Positions 27,315-36,860 of a DNA stretch of 51,712 nucleotides are shown piece by piece. The position numbers and the translations under genes were made by a program. Source of the stretch: a virus (Duplodnaviria; Caudoviricetes); IMG/VR virus record IMGVR_UViG_3300037608_000248, positions 1 through 51,712 of that record. One strand, 5' to 3'. The first letter of the stretch is position 1, and each line of letters opens with the position of its first letter. The notes below the pieces were generated by a model. The model ran no database searches. It was not told the DNA's origin and saw only the letters and a program-made list of their open reading frames with translations.

Positions 27315-28787
27315 ATGATCCTCGACACCATAAGGAAACAGAACTCATTTCCGCCAGCAGAATGGCAGAGCTGGTATAAGTTATTTGAAGAACTGGCTGT
27401 CTGGTATTCAGGCGATCCTCTCAGACTGGCCACTTACTACTTAAATCAGTTCCAGCCAACAGAAATAGGTTACTTCTGGTCCTCCATTAGAGAAGAGGAA
27501 TCCCGTGAATCAGTTCATCTGCCTATCGCCGGAGACGTTGCGCAAATGAGCGCCAGCTTGTTATTCAGTGAAACGCCGGAATTCCAGTTCGATAGCAAAT
27601 CAGAGCCCGGCAAAAGGATTCAGGGGACCATTGACGATAATGGTTTCATAAACATGCTGCTCGAAGGCTCTGAAATGGCAGCCGCACTATCAGGGCTTTT
27701 TATTAAGCTTGACTACGATCCTGTCTTGTCTGAGTTTCCTCTTTTGACACTCAGGACACCGGCCAATGCTTTTCCGGAGTTTAGATCGGGCAGGTTGACG
27801 GCTGTAACCTTCCACCGGGAAGTTAAGAGAGAATCGGGTGGCGCTATATTCAGGCTGTTTGAAGACCGCAGAATTGAAAACGGGAAACTAAATATAACCT
27901 ACAAGCTATTTAAAGGGTCAGTTAATAAGTTTGGAGTAGAACTGCCGATCGACCATATAAGCGAGACCGCTGCCTTAAATCTACAGGATGAAGTTCTTGA
28001 TATTCCTGTGTTGGGAGTTGTCTATATCCCGAATAAGCGACCCAACAGGTTGGTTCCAGGATCAGCTATTGGCGAATCAGATTACCGGGAATGTATCGGA
28101 CTTATGGATTCACTCGATTTCACCTGGAGCAGCTGGATGAGAGATATCGAATTAGGCTTAGGCCAGATCATAGTAGACGAAGGGCTTACTTCGGAAGGGA
28201 AATTCAGTAAGCTTCAAAGGGCTTTTGTAAGACTAAATATGGACAATATTCGCTTAACTGAAGGGAAATATGAACCGATTAAGCCGGTGCAATTTAAACT
28301 GCGCGTTGAAGAACATATGAAGACCTGCGATCAACTAACCCGGCAGATCGTTGGCATGTGTGGGTATGCCCCTCAGTCATTCGGCTTGGTAGAATACGGC
28401 CAGCAACGAGACAGCGGAACAGCGTTAAGGATCAGGGAGCGTAAAAGCTTGCTAACCAGGCAGAAGAAAGAACGCTACTGGATACCAGAGCTATCGAGAC
28501 TGTTTAAACAGCTGCAGTTATTTGATGCAGTAAAACGCGGCACTAAATACGAACCAGAGGTAGTGACTATCGTCCCACAGGATTCAATTATCCAGGATGA
28601 AACCGAGAAGTCGGAAGTGGTTCGCAATCTTGACCAGGCTAAAGCAGCCTCAACTTACATCAAGGTCAAGATGGTTCATCCAGACTGGTCGGAAGAAGAT
28701 ATCGAAAAAGAGGTAACCAGAATCCGAAAAGAACAGGGTTTAGGTTATGAGGATAACCCGTTTGAAAGTTTAGGCAAAGAAGAATAA
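27315..28787 (+). CDS. Portal protein (SPP1/A118-like)
   Basis: Follows terminase; LF.E.P, YIPN, G.SD, SGTAL..R motifs. Confidence 0.88.
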   Translation: MILDTIRKQNSFPPAEWQSWYKLFEELAVWYSGDPLRLATYYLNQFQPTEIGYFWSSIREEESRESVHLPIAGDVAQMSASLLFSETPEFQFDSKSEPGKRIQGTIDDNGFINMLLEGSEMAAALSGLFIKLDYDPVLSEFPLLTLRTPANAFPEFRSGRLTAVTFHREVKRESGGAIFRLFEDRRIENGKLNITYKLFKGSVNKFGVELPIDHISETAALNLQDEVLDIPVLGVVYIPNKRPNRLVPGSAIGESDYRECIGLMDSLDFTWSSWMRDIELGLGQIIVDEGLTSEGKFSKLQRAFVRLNMDNIRLTEGKYEPIKPVQFKLRVEEHMKTCDQLTRQIVGMCGYAPQSFGLVEYGQQRDSGTALRIRERKSLLTRQKKERYWIPELSRLFKQLQLFDAVKRGTKYEPEVVTIVPQDSIIQDETEKSEVVRNLDQAKAASTYIKVKMVHPDWSEEDIEKEVTRIRKEQGLGYEDNPFESLGKEE

Positions 28788-28802
28788 ACAGGGGGTAACG
28801 AT

Positions 28803-29213
28803 ATGGAGGGGTTTCAGACATACGAATGGGAAACACAGTTTGAAATAGATTATCGCATGGCCATAGTTGAGTTATCTCAGGATATTGCCAATAACTTAGC
28901 TTTGTTTGAGGATATTGCCAAAAAGAGTGAGCGCGATTACTCAGGGCTAAAAGAAAGCATGCGTAAGCTCCAGAGAAAGCACAAAGGCTTATCGGCACCA
29001 TCGATGTATGAAGAGGCAAACAGTTTTATCGCTGAGGCACTCAATTCATACTTAAAGGGTATCGATTTAATCATTAAGGCAACAGCGGTAAAAGATTCTC
29101 AGGGCACTTACCGGGCGGCCAGAAATATTATCGAAGGCAATAACTTTATCTGTATTGCCAAGAACAGAATGTGGGAAGCTATTGAAAGCAGGGTAGCAGA
29201 GGCGGTGCATTAA
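28803..29213 (+). CDS. Hypothetical helical protein
   Basis: 136-aa ORF with RBS. Confidence 0.65.
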   Translation: MEGFQTYEWETQFEIDYRMAIVELSQDIANNLALFEDIAKKSERDYSGLKESMRKLQRKHKGLSAPSMYEEANSFIAEALNSYLKGIDLIIKATAVKDSQGTYRAARNIIEGNNFICIAKNRMWEAIESRVAEAVH

Positions 29214-29214
29214 A

Positions 29215-29580
29215 GTGATTAACGTTAACAGCTTCGAGCGTTTAGCCAAGCCACTTACCGAGGCAGCTGAAGAGCTAACCGTCTCAATTGCAGGAGCTTT
29301 GAAGGATCTGTATTTAAACCTCTCTGAGGATCCGGACAGGATTAACTCTTACCGCAGAGCTTATGAGGCAAAAGTTATTAAAGCGGTTAAGAAGTGGCAG
29401 AAGGCCCGGCAGGAGTGGGTAAAAGATTATATGCCCCTTGCGTATCAGTTAGGTTTAAAGCATGGACAGGCTGAGATAAGCGCTCTAAGGAAGTTGGGTG
29501 TTGAAATACCGGAACCAACCGAGAATGTAAATGACACGGTGCCTTTCATAAGGTTAGGCGGGAGCGCGGCACCGTTTTAA
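29215..29580 (+). CDS. Probable N-terminal part of split minor capsid protein
   Basis: Helical, ..AY..G.. pattern typical of MuF/minor capsid N-regions; 13 nt upstream of next ORF. Confidence 0.55.
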   Translation: MINVNSFERLAKPLTEAAEELTVSIAGALKDLYLNLSEDPDRINSYRRAYEAKVIKAVKKWQKARQEWVKDYMPLAYQLGLKHGQAEISALRKLGVEIPEPTENVNDTVPFIRLGGSAAPF

Positions 29581-29593
29581 TGAGGTGTAGGCA

Positions 29594-31129
29594 GTGGCTA
29601 CTCATGAAACCATAGCGGGACTGTTTCAGGCAGCTGCTGATAACACTTTAGGCAAGACTGACCTGCAGATATTGAGGGTAGCAGACGATGAGTTCAGAAG
29701 GGCAGCAGTAACAGCCGGTAGTGCGGTATTCAAAGAAAGCGAAATACTAACCAGGCAGACGATAGCCCAAAAGCAGCTTGATGAATTCGCCAAGCAGGGT
29801 ATAACGGCGATCACTTATTCAGATGGCCGGAAAATGCCGGTTACAAGCTATGCTGAGATGGTAGGCCGGACAATGAGTGGCCATGCGGCAATTCAGGCGA
29901 ACATCAACCACTACAGCCAGCACGGCTTTGATTTGCTGCTGGTTAGCGCACACTTTGGGGCTTGCCAGTTATGCACACCCTGGGAGGGCCGCGTATTAAG
30001 CCAGAGTGGGCAGGATCTGAAATATCCCAGCCTCCAAGGAGCGATAGCAGCCGGACTATTTCACCCGAACTGCAATCATAACGTCGCTCCCTGGCGTGAA
30101 GGCTTACCAATTCCAGAGGTCAGATTAGACCCGGAACAGCAGAAATTAATTGATGAACACGGTTACGATAAGGCCCAGCAAATAACCTATCAGGCCCAAC
30201 AGCGTCAGAGAGAGATTGAGCGCAAAATAAGAGAGTGGAAGTTAAGAGAAGCTACAGCTGTAGATTCAATTGCCAAGGCTAAGGCAGCAGAGAAGGTAAA
30301 GGCCTGGCAGGCTGCTCAAAGAAGCCATATAGCCAACAACACTTTCTTAAGGCGTGATTATGTCAGGGAAGGGGTAAAGGGAATATCCGGAGCCCCGCAG
30401 GCCGTTGCCAAGGCAGGCTATGTTCCTGCTAAAACACTGGATGAGGCTGTAAAGTATGCACTTCAATACATTGACAATTTTGAAATGGTTGGAGTAGGAT
30501 TAAATCAGCTAAACGAGATTAACCGTAGTTTTTACGTAACAAGGGCAAATTATGATTTTAAAACCGGAAAGTTAGCTTACTTGCCGCGTAAACACGCTAA
30601 CCATACTCCTGCAGCACACCAGTCCCAAAGGTTTACCGGTGACAGCAAGGCGCTATATTTCAAAAAAACTATGCTATCAAGTCCGAACAAGGCCCATAGA
30701 AGTGAAATGACAGCCTGGGCGCAAGTTCAGCCAAATAACATTAGCAGATTAAGGGCGCAAATTAGTGATCCGGCTAATGCGAACATCAAATCATACCTGG
30801 AAGATAAGCTAAGAAAAGCAGAAGTAGCCAGCAGGTGGTCGATGTCTGGATCAGCCAAAGAAGGGGACTACCTGTTTGCTGTTGCATCGCATGAGAACGG
30901 TCACGCGATTATGAGTAAATACGGTTTGACGGAAAAATGGAATACTTCTTTGGTGGCAAACCAGGTAGATGTTTTAGATCTTTATAGGGTATCTGAATAT
31001 GCTGCTACTAATAATTCGGAACTGTTTGCTGAAGTAACTTCTGCTGTTGCCCAGGGCAGAAGCAGCGATGTCCCGAAAAACATACTGGCAGCTTACCGTG
31101 AAACGATTGGTAGTATAGGAGGGAACTAA
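29594..31129 (+). CDS. Minor capsid (MuF-like) protein with C-terminal zincin-like metallopeptidase domain
   Basis: SYAEM..RT, VSAH.GAC.LC.PWEGR, GLFHPNC.H, QR.IER.IR.WK; C-terminal HENGH...SEYAATNNSELFAE. Confidence 0.85.
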   Translation: MATHETIAGLFQAAADNTLGKTDLQILRVADDEFRRAAVTAGSAVFKESEILTRQTIAQKQLDEFAKQGITAITYSDGRKMPVTSYAEMVGRTMSGHAAIQANINHYSQHGFDLLLVSAHFGACQLCTPWEGRVLSQSGQDLKYPSLQGAIAAGLFHPNCNHNVAPWREGLPIPEVRLDPEQQKLIDEHGYDKAQQITYQAQQRQREIERKIREWKLREATAVDSIAKAKAAEKVKAWQAAQRSHIANNTFLRRDYVREGVKGISGAPQAVAKAGYVPAKTLDEAVKYALQYIDNFEMVGVGLNQLNEINRSFYVTRANYDFKTGKLAYLPRKHANHTPAAHQSQRFTGDSKALYFKKTMLSSPNKAHRSEMTAWAQVQPNNISRLRAQISDPANANIKSYLEDKLRKAEVASRWSMSGSAKEGDYLFAVASHENGHAIMSKYGLTEKWNTSLVANQVDVLDLYRVSEYAATNNSELFAEVTSAVAQGRSSDVPKNILAAYRETIGSIGGN

Positions 31130-31130
31130 C

Positions 31131-31295
31131 GTGCAGTCAACTCAATGCCTGGAATGCAAACACTATGAAGGGCAGCACGCTTGCAAGGCCTTTCCGGTTA
31201 AGATACCTGAAGAAATAATGACCGGTATTCACGATCACACTAAACCCTATGAGGGTGACAATGGCATTCGTTTTGAGAGCCGGGAGGCAATCTGA
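31131..31295 (+). CDS. Small Cys/His protein (54 aa), putative immunity partner
   Basis: Read by hand: QCLECKH..ACKAFP..IP..I..G.HDH..PY.GDNGIRFE; AGGAGG RBS. Confidence 0.75.
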   Translation: MQSTQCLECKHYEGQHACKAFPVKIPEEIMTGIHDHTKPYEGDNGIRFESREAI

Positions 31296-31414
31296 TGGAG
31301 CAGCAGCCAAACTTATTACAAAATATCGGGCAGCTGCTACAGAGCATAGGCTGCTTAATAATGTGTATTGTAATACTGATACCCTTGATGTTCATATTAT
31401 TTAGTTTGTTTTAA
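31295..31414 (+). CDS. Small membrane protein (39 aa)
   Basis: Read by hand: MEQQPNLLQNIGQLLQSIGCLIMCIVILIPLMFILFSLF; TGATG coupling. Confidence 0.55.
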   Translation: MEQQPNLLQNIGQLLQSIGCLIMCIVILIPLMFILFSLF

Positions 31415-31444
31415 ACTTAAATAGCAAAGCCTTTAAGCAAAACG

Positions 31445-31471
31445 GATCGTCCTTAAATAGGGCGGTTTTTT
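31445..31471 (+). terminator. Intrinsic terminator
   Basis: GATCGTCCT/AGGGCGGTT stem + T run. Confidence 0.6.
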
Positions 31472-31499
31472 ATATGAAAGCTTTTTTAAGGGGTGCCTG

Positions 31500-32108
31500 G
31501 TGTTGATACCTAAAATATTGCATTTTATCTGGGTTGGAGGAAATCCGAACCCGTTTGTGAAGAACATCGAAACCTATAAGAAGTTTAATCCAGATTGGGC
31601 AATACAACTGTGGACAGATGGGAACTTGCCGAAGCTACAGAATAAAAATATATATAACAGCATACCAGTGCCCACAACTAAAGCCGATCTGTTAAGGTTG
31701 GAAATACTGTATCAATACGGCGGTGTTTATGCTGATATCGATAGTGTTTGTCTTAAGCCACTCAATAAGATGGTAGCCGGGCATGAAATGTTCTTTGCGT
31801 CTCATACTATTAAGGAAAAAAAGGTTGAGATAAACTGTATCGGTGTTACAGCTGGACATCCTGCTATAAAAGACCTGCTGGACGGCCTGCCGGAATATTG
31901 GTCCGAGCTGGTTGAATCCAAAAAAGGGAAGCTGAGTGTCTACTGTCTCTATACTTATTTACGGAAAAGAATCGGAGAATGTGCATTGTTACCGCTTGAA
32001 TATAATTGCTCAAAGAACTATGCAACAGAAAATACTTTCATCCTTCAGCATAACGTGCATACGTTCAAAGACTCTGTTAACGCAAATAATAAGTTTAGGG
32101 TGATATAA
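31500..32108 (+). CDS. Glycosyltransferase (GT32 / DXD sugar-binding family)
   Basis: IPKILHFIWVGG, NPDW, ADLLRLEILYQYGGVYADID. Confidence 0.92.
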   Translation: MLIPKILHFIWVGGNPNPFVKNIETYKKFNPDWAIQLWTDGNLPKLQNKNIYNSIPVPTTKADLLRLEILYQYGGVYADIDSVCLKPLNKMVAGHEMFFASHTIKEKKVEINCIGVTAGHPAIKDLLDGLPEYWSELVESKKGKLSVYCLYTYLRKRIGECALLPLEYNCSKNYATENTFILQHNVHTFKDSVNANNKFRVI

Positions 32109-32780
32109 ATGATTGACGTTATTTACTTAGCAGCCGGCCAGGGCAAGAGAGCTAAGCTTGGATATCCGAAGCAGTATGCCAGACTCGGTGGAAAGCCGAT
32201 CATGGTCCACGGGCTGGAAGTGCTGCAACAGATGCCGGAAATAGGCAGAATCATTATTGTTTGCCAGTATGATGAGTTAAACCCTAAGTATGTAGGGGAT
32301 ATCCTTCCCTATGTAAGTCCAAAGAAAGAGCCGTTGTTAATTCAGGGTGGCGATACCCGGCAACAGTCAGTTGCCAATGCTCTGAAGCACGTAACAACCG
32401 AGCATGTGCTTATCACCGAGGCTGTAAGACCGTTTATAACAGCAGAACTGATCAGGACAGTCATCAACACAGATGGAGACTTTGTAACGCCCTGGATAAG
32501 CCCGCTGTCAACAGCATTAACCAGGGACGGCGAATATATAGACCGTGACAGCGTTGGCCAGGTGCAGATGCCCCAAAAATATAAAACTAAACTATTAAGG
32601 TATGCGCACCAACTAACCTACTTGGACAATACAACAGATGATGCAGCTCTGGTTATTCAGACTACAGAGTTAAAGCCTTTGCTGGTGCCAGGCATTGAAG
32701 AAAATATCAAGATCACCACACCACTGGATCTGGTGATTGCAGAAGCAATATACCAAATGCGGCAGAACGGGAGGGAATAA
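32109..32780 (+). CDS. IspD/TarI-family cytidylyltransferase
   Basis: LAAGQGKR..PKQY, GGDTRQQSV, EAVRPF, QMPQ, TDDA, NIKITTP.DL. Confidence 0.92.
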   Translation: MIDVIYLAAGQGKRAKLGYPKQYARLGGKPIMVHGLEVLQQMPEIGRIIIVCQYDELNPKYVGDILPYVSPKKEPLLIQGGDTRQQSVANALKHVTTEHVLITEAVRPFITAELIRTVINTDGDFVTPWISPLSTALTRDGEYIDRDSVGQVQMPQKYKTKLLRYAHQLTYLDNTTDDAALVIQTTELKPLLVPGIEENIKITTPLDLVIAEAIYQMRQNGRE

Positions 32781-32785
32781 GTGAA

Positions 32786-33004
32786 ATGGAAATAGCCCGT
32801 ATAGAAATCAGCGATTCTGATTACGAGAAATTAACTCCCGAAGTGATGAAAGAAATCGAAAACAGACTCAATGAAAGAATTAGCGCTGCATGGCAAGAAG
32901 AGTTAAAACGGCTTGAAAACCACATGCTTTACGGCGCTAAACCAAGCATAAAGAACCCTCGGGGAATTATTCCGTCAGGTATTATCTCGTCAGGGGTGAG
33001 TTAA
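32786..33004 (+). CDS. Hypothetical protein
   Basis: 72-aa ORF with GGAGG RBS. Confidence 0.6.
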   Translation: MEIARIEISDSDYEKLTPEVMKEIENRLNERISAAWQEELKRLENHMLYGAKPSIKNPRGIIPSGIISSGVS

Positions 33005-33005
33005 A

Positions 33006-33644
33006 GTGTGGCCTATCATAACCGGTTCCAGCAGGGGCATAGGAGCGGCCATAGCAAGGGAATTTTGCAGACGTGGTCATCTATATTATGGCTTTTCGCG
33101 CTGGAATGATGTAGATGTATCAGATTATAGCTCTGTTAAGAGAGAATTTGAAGGTTTCTACCATCCTGAACAACACCTGCCGGAGGTATTAATCAACAAC
33201 GCCGGAATAGTAGAACTCGGAAGTGTGCTTGAACTCACTCCTGAAGACTGGGAAAAACAATTCGCCGTAAATTTACACGGCGTTTTTTATTGCTGTAAGG
33301 AGTACGTGAAACTATTACGGGCAAAGGATAAGCCCGGCAAAATTATAAACATTGCCTCTACTTCGGGCATGCTAACACCAAGGCCAGGCCGGTCAGCGTA
33401 TGCGGCCAGCAAGGCTGCTGTGATAAGCTTCAGCCTTAGCCTGGCAGAAGAGTTAAGGCCTTACGGTATAAAGGTATACTGTGTGGCTCCCGGGGCCTGC
33501 AATACAGACTTACGAAAAGCAATTTACCCGGATGATAACTTTGATAACATGATGCAGCCGGCAGATTTAGCCAGGTTTGTAGTCGATATAGCAGAGGGTG
33601 GAGAAATGTTAGACAACCAGGTATTGATAGCGAGGGGGCTGTAA
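33006..33644 (+). CDS. SDR-family oxidoreductase (putative pentulose-5-phosphate reductase)
   Basis: TGSSRGIG, NNAG, YAASK catalytic motif; adjacent to TarI-like gene. Confidence 0.9.
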   Translation: MWPIITGSSRGIGAAIAREFCRRGHLYYGFSRWNDVDVSDYSSVKREFEGFYHPEQHLPEVLINNAGIVELGSVLELTPEDWEKQFAVNLHGVFYCCKEYVKLLRAKDKPGKIINIASTSGMLTPRPGRSAYAASKAAVISFSLSLAEELRPYGIKVYCVAPGACNTDLRKAIYPDDNFDNMMQPADLARFVVDIAEGGEMLDNQVLIARGL

Positions 33645-33645
33645 C

Positions 33646-33801
33646 GTGATACAGGACATCTATGATGAGATTAACCGCGGCTGCCCTACCTGCAAACAAG
33701 ATGAAGGAGGGCAACACGAGCCAAACTGCCCTCTTGTGGAAAATTTTAAAAATGCTTTTAGCAAGGGGCGATCCGATGAATACAGATGTCACAGTCTTTA
33801 A
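33646..33801 (+). CDS. Small Cys/His hypothetical protein (51 aa)
   Basis: Read by hand: GTG start after GAGGGGG; CPTC...H.PNCP. Confidence 0.4.
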   Translation: MIQDIYDEINRGCPTCKQDEGGQHEPNCPLVENFKNAFSKGRSDEYRCHSL

Positions 33802-34894
33802 TCGTAAGCATTTCCCGGTAGAAGTTGAGGGTTATACGTTTATGCCTGGTAAACTGACTAAGATCCGGATAGAAACCAATTCAATGAAATTCAGGAATAT
33901 CCGGACCACATCAGGCTTACGAGTTAACCGCGAAAATAATGAAAAATACATGCCTCTTGCTGGTGAAGCTGTAAATATGGTTTTTGATGACCGTAACCAG
34001 CACGCAGGACACGCTTACAGGCACGCAATAGAGGCTTTAGCTGACCCTATGCTTGCAGGGTTGCGTAAATTAGGCGTAAATGCCGACTATGCATCAAGGC
34101 CGACCGTAAATCTTAATGTGAGGTTTTTCAGCAGCTACCGGATAAATCAACAGGGCAAGGTAGAAGTGGGCCCCAATGATGTATTTTACAGCCATGGTAT
34201 TGGTGATAAAAACTACTGGCTGGCTAATAAAATAGAAGACTTTAGATGTGCCATGGTGCCCGGCCCAGCCTGGAAAGAGCGGATTGAGGCCGGAGGCTAC
34301 CAGGGAGAAGTATTCGTTACCGGTTATACCAAGCTGGACCCGGTGTTCTGGGGTGAATACGAAAAACAAAAAAGAGATAAGCCTTATGTTGTCTGGGCAC
34401 CTACTCATGGTTACAACTACAGGCACAAGGGCAGGAGCAGTTATCCCTGGTGTGTTGATCTGATCAATGAAATCCCCGGTGAATATGAAACCTGTTTGGC
34501 AATGCACCCTACCAGCCGGCTAAACGCAAGACAGAAGCACGACGTGACCTTACAGGAGCTGGTTGATGCCGATGTAGTGATCGCAGATGCCGGGAGCACA
34601 CTATATGAAGCCTGGATACTTGGAAAGCCGGTTATATTCCCGGACTGGCTATGCAAAAATGATGTCCTGGCTCATTTTAAAAGTGACCCGGGCAATTTAG
34701 AGTATCGAATTTACAATGAGGGGATTGGGTATCATGCGAAAGATATGGCGCACTTGGTAGAGCTGATAGATGTAGCTCTGGACAAGGGCATGCAGCAGCA
34801 GGAGCAGGATTTTGTTGAAAGCATCTGCCCGAAGCATACAAGAGGAAAGGCCGGAGATAACTGTGCTGCTGTTTTAAAGGGGTTGATTGAGTGA
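33776..34894 (+). CDS. TagB/TagF-like CDP-alditol phosphotransferase (GT-B fold)
   Basis: SHG..DK.Y, VTGYTKLD, WAPTH, HP, ADVVIAD.GS.LYEA..LGKPVIF; AAGGGG RBS before ATG 33776. Confidence 0.8.
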   Translation: MNTDVTVFNRKHFPVEVEGYTFMPGKLTKIRIETNSMKFRNIRTTSGLRVNRENNEKYMPLAGEAVNMVFDDRNQHAGHAYRHAIEALADPMLAGLRKLGVNADYASRPTVNLNVRFFSSYRINQQGKVEVGPNDVFYSHGIGDKNYWLANKIEDFRCAMVPGPAWKERIEAGGYQGEVFVTGYTKLDPVFWGEYEKQKRDKPYVVWAPTHGYNYRHKGRSSYPWCVDLINEIPGEYETCLAMHPTSRLNARQKHDVTLQELVDADVVIADAGSTLYEAWILGKPVIFPDWLCKNDVLAHFKSDPGNLEYRIYNEGIGYHAKDMAHLVELIDVALDKGMQQQEQDFVESICPKHTRGKAGDNCAAVLKGLIE

Positions 34895-34964
34895 TGCTCA
34901 AATGGATATCACAAAAATTAAGGTGTTGGAAGGAAGTTTGGACATTACCAGCATAAAAAACAAT

Positions 34965-34989
34965 AAACCATCCCTCGAGGGTGGTTTTT
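34965..34989 (+). terminator. Intrinsic terminator
   Basis: AAACCATCC/GGGTGGTTT + T run. Confidence 0.6.
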
Positions 34990-35134
34990 AAATATAGACC
35001 TACTATTGAGACCAGCAATAACAGGCATTGCTGGTTTTATCTTTTAAGCCTGGAATGCGCCAACGAGAGGCGCGGTATAAATGCCGGTTGCGGCTACGAT
35101 GCCGCGGTAAAAATTAATCGGAAAGGTGATTAAA

Positions 35135-35836
35135 ATGAAAAGATTATTTTCCATGTTTAACGATTTTCCAGTATGGGCTTGTTTTACTGATGGCGGTGGA
35201 TCCAATGATGGTGGCGCGGGCGATGATGGCAAAGATGACGGCAAAGGCTCTGGAGACAATAACGCGAACGACGGCGGTCAACAGTCGGATGGCTCCAGTA
35301 AAGATGATAAGCCGTTTGCAACGTTTCCAAACAAGGAGGCGTTTGATGCCAGGATAGCCAGGTCTACAAAAACTGAGCTTGAGTCTATGGCCAAAGAACT
35401 CGGTTTTGATGGTGTGGATGCGATGAAAAGCGCAGCTGCTAAAGCAAAGGAAATTGAAGACGCAAACAAGACTGAACTGGAAAAGGAACGCGAGGCCAGA
35501 CAAAAAGCAGAGAGCACGAGTCAGGCTGCTCTTGATAAGGCAAATACACGGCTTATTAACGCTGAACTTAAGGTATTTGCCTCTCAAGCTGGTTATGCGG
35601 ACCCGTCTGATGCCGTGGCATTGGTTAATCGATCTGATTTAAAGGTTGATGATGACGGCAATGTTACGGGAGCAAAGGAAGCGGTGGAAGCATTGATTGC
35701 AGCCAAACCGCACTTAAAGGGCTCAAAAGACACAAATTCAAGCGCTACTGGCGATTCAAGCCAGGGTGGAGAAACGGAAACAAAAGGAGGCTTCAATGAG
35801 GCTTTCCGTGCTGCCGTATTTGGTGGCAGAAAATAA
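35135..35836 (+). CDS. Capsid scaffolding protein
   Basis: Gly/Asp-rich N-terminus, KTELEK coiled coil, KPHL; directly before capsid. Confidence 0.85.
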   Translation: MKRLFSMFNDFPVWACFTDGGGSNDGGAGDDGKDDGKGSGDNNANDGGQQSDGSSKDDKPFATFPNKEAFDARIARSTKTELESMAKELGFDGVDAMKSAAAKAKEIEDANKTELEKEREARQKAESTSQAALDKANTRLINAELKVFASQAGYADPSDAVALVNRSDLKVDDDGNVTGAKEAVEALIAAKPHLKGSKDTNSSATGDSSQGGETETKGGFNEAFRAAVFGGRK

Positions 35837-35864
35837 AAACAACCTTTTAAGGAGAGTGATTTAA

Positions 35865-36860
35865 ATGACTTACATTCCTCGTAGTGGCACTGAAGCTTTA
35901 ATGCCAGAAGAATGGCAGAAGGAAATCGTTCAGGTTCTGCCTGAGCAAAGCTCTGTAATGACCCTGGCTTATCGCGCACCTGATATGAGCCGGGCACAAA
36001 AAAGGATTCCGGTGCTTTCGGTTCTGCCGACTGCTTATTTCCTGAACCCTGGACCGACCCAGAGAAGCGATGCAACTGATATCGCTCGCAAGCGGCTGAC
36101 TCGCCAGCTTTGGGAGAATAAATACCTCGATGCTGAAGAGCTGGCTGTAATTGTGGCCGTTCCTGAAGCGGTCGTAGAAGACGTTGACTATGACCTTTGG
36201 AACGAGGTTAAGCCGAAGCTGGTAGAAGCGTTCGGTCTGGCATTTGACCAGGCTGTATTCTACGGTGTTAATGCTCCGGCGGCTTGGCCCACTAACCTGC
36301 TTACTGGTGCAGAATCGGCTGGCAACCTGGTTGTTCCCGGTTCGCTTGGCTCAGAAACTGACATCTATGATGAGATTTTGGGCGAAGGCGGCGTGATTTC
36401 CAAGGTTGAAGAAGATGGTTTTATGGTGAGCGGTCACGTTGCTGCTCTTACTATGAGGGCAAAACTTCGTGGCCTGCGCGATGAAAATGGTGTGCCGATC
36501 TTTAAATCTCTCTACAAAGAGGGCGTGCAGGGTGCTACCCGGTATGAGTTAGACGGCGAACAGGTTGTTTTTCCGCGTAATGGTTCAATGATTCCTGAAA
36601 TCGGCCAGCTTATTTCCGGTGACTGGCGCCAGCTGATTTGGGCGCTGCGTAAAGATATCACCTGGAAGATTCTGACCGAGGCAGTTATTCAGGATCCGAC
36701 CACTGGAGAAATCCTGTATAACCTTGCACAGCAGGATATGGTGGGCTTAAGGGCTGTCATGCGCATCGCATGGCAGGTGCCTAACCCGGTAAACCGTATC
36801 AAGGAAGATGCTTCAGAACGCTATCCCTTTGCTGTTTACGGCCAGCAGACTGGCAGCTAA
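35865..36860 (+). CDS. Major capsid protein (HK97 fold)
   Basis: L.PEE...EI, AEELAVIV.VPE, FDQAVFYG, LRDENG.PIF, NLAQQDMV.LR..MR. Confidence 0.93.
   Translation: MTYIPRSGTEALMPEEWQKEIVQVLPEQSSVMTLAYRAPDMSRAQKRIPVLSVLPTAYFLNPGPTQRSDATDIARKRLTRQLWENKYLDAEELAVIVAVPEAVVEDVDYDLWNEVKPKLVEAFGLAFDQAVFYGVNAPAAWPTNLLTGAESAGNLVVPGSLGSETDIYDEILGEGGVISKVEEDGFMVSGHVAALTMRAKLRGLRDENGVPIFKSLYKEGVQGATRYELDGEQVVFPRNGSMIPEIGQLISGDWRQLIWALRKDITWKILTEAVIQDPTTGEILYNLAQQDMVGLRAVMRIAWQVPNPVNRIKEDASERYPFAVYGQQTGS

Noticed and set aside
28803-29213. Resemblance to lipoprotein 6927-7382 (P.M...GIDL...KD)
   Set aside because: Short, consistent with generic helical-bundle periodicity, and registers conflict; not supportable without statistics
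32109-32780. Isoprenoid (MEP pathway) auxiliary gene ispD
   Set aside because: Context with an SDR and a TagF-like transferase fits CDP-alditol synthesis; no other MEP genes
33662-33775. Longer N-terminus for the TagF-like gene
   Set aside because: The RBS precedes ATG 33776, and the upstream stretch is better explained by a separate small ORF
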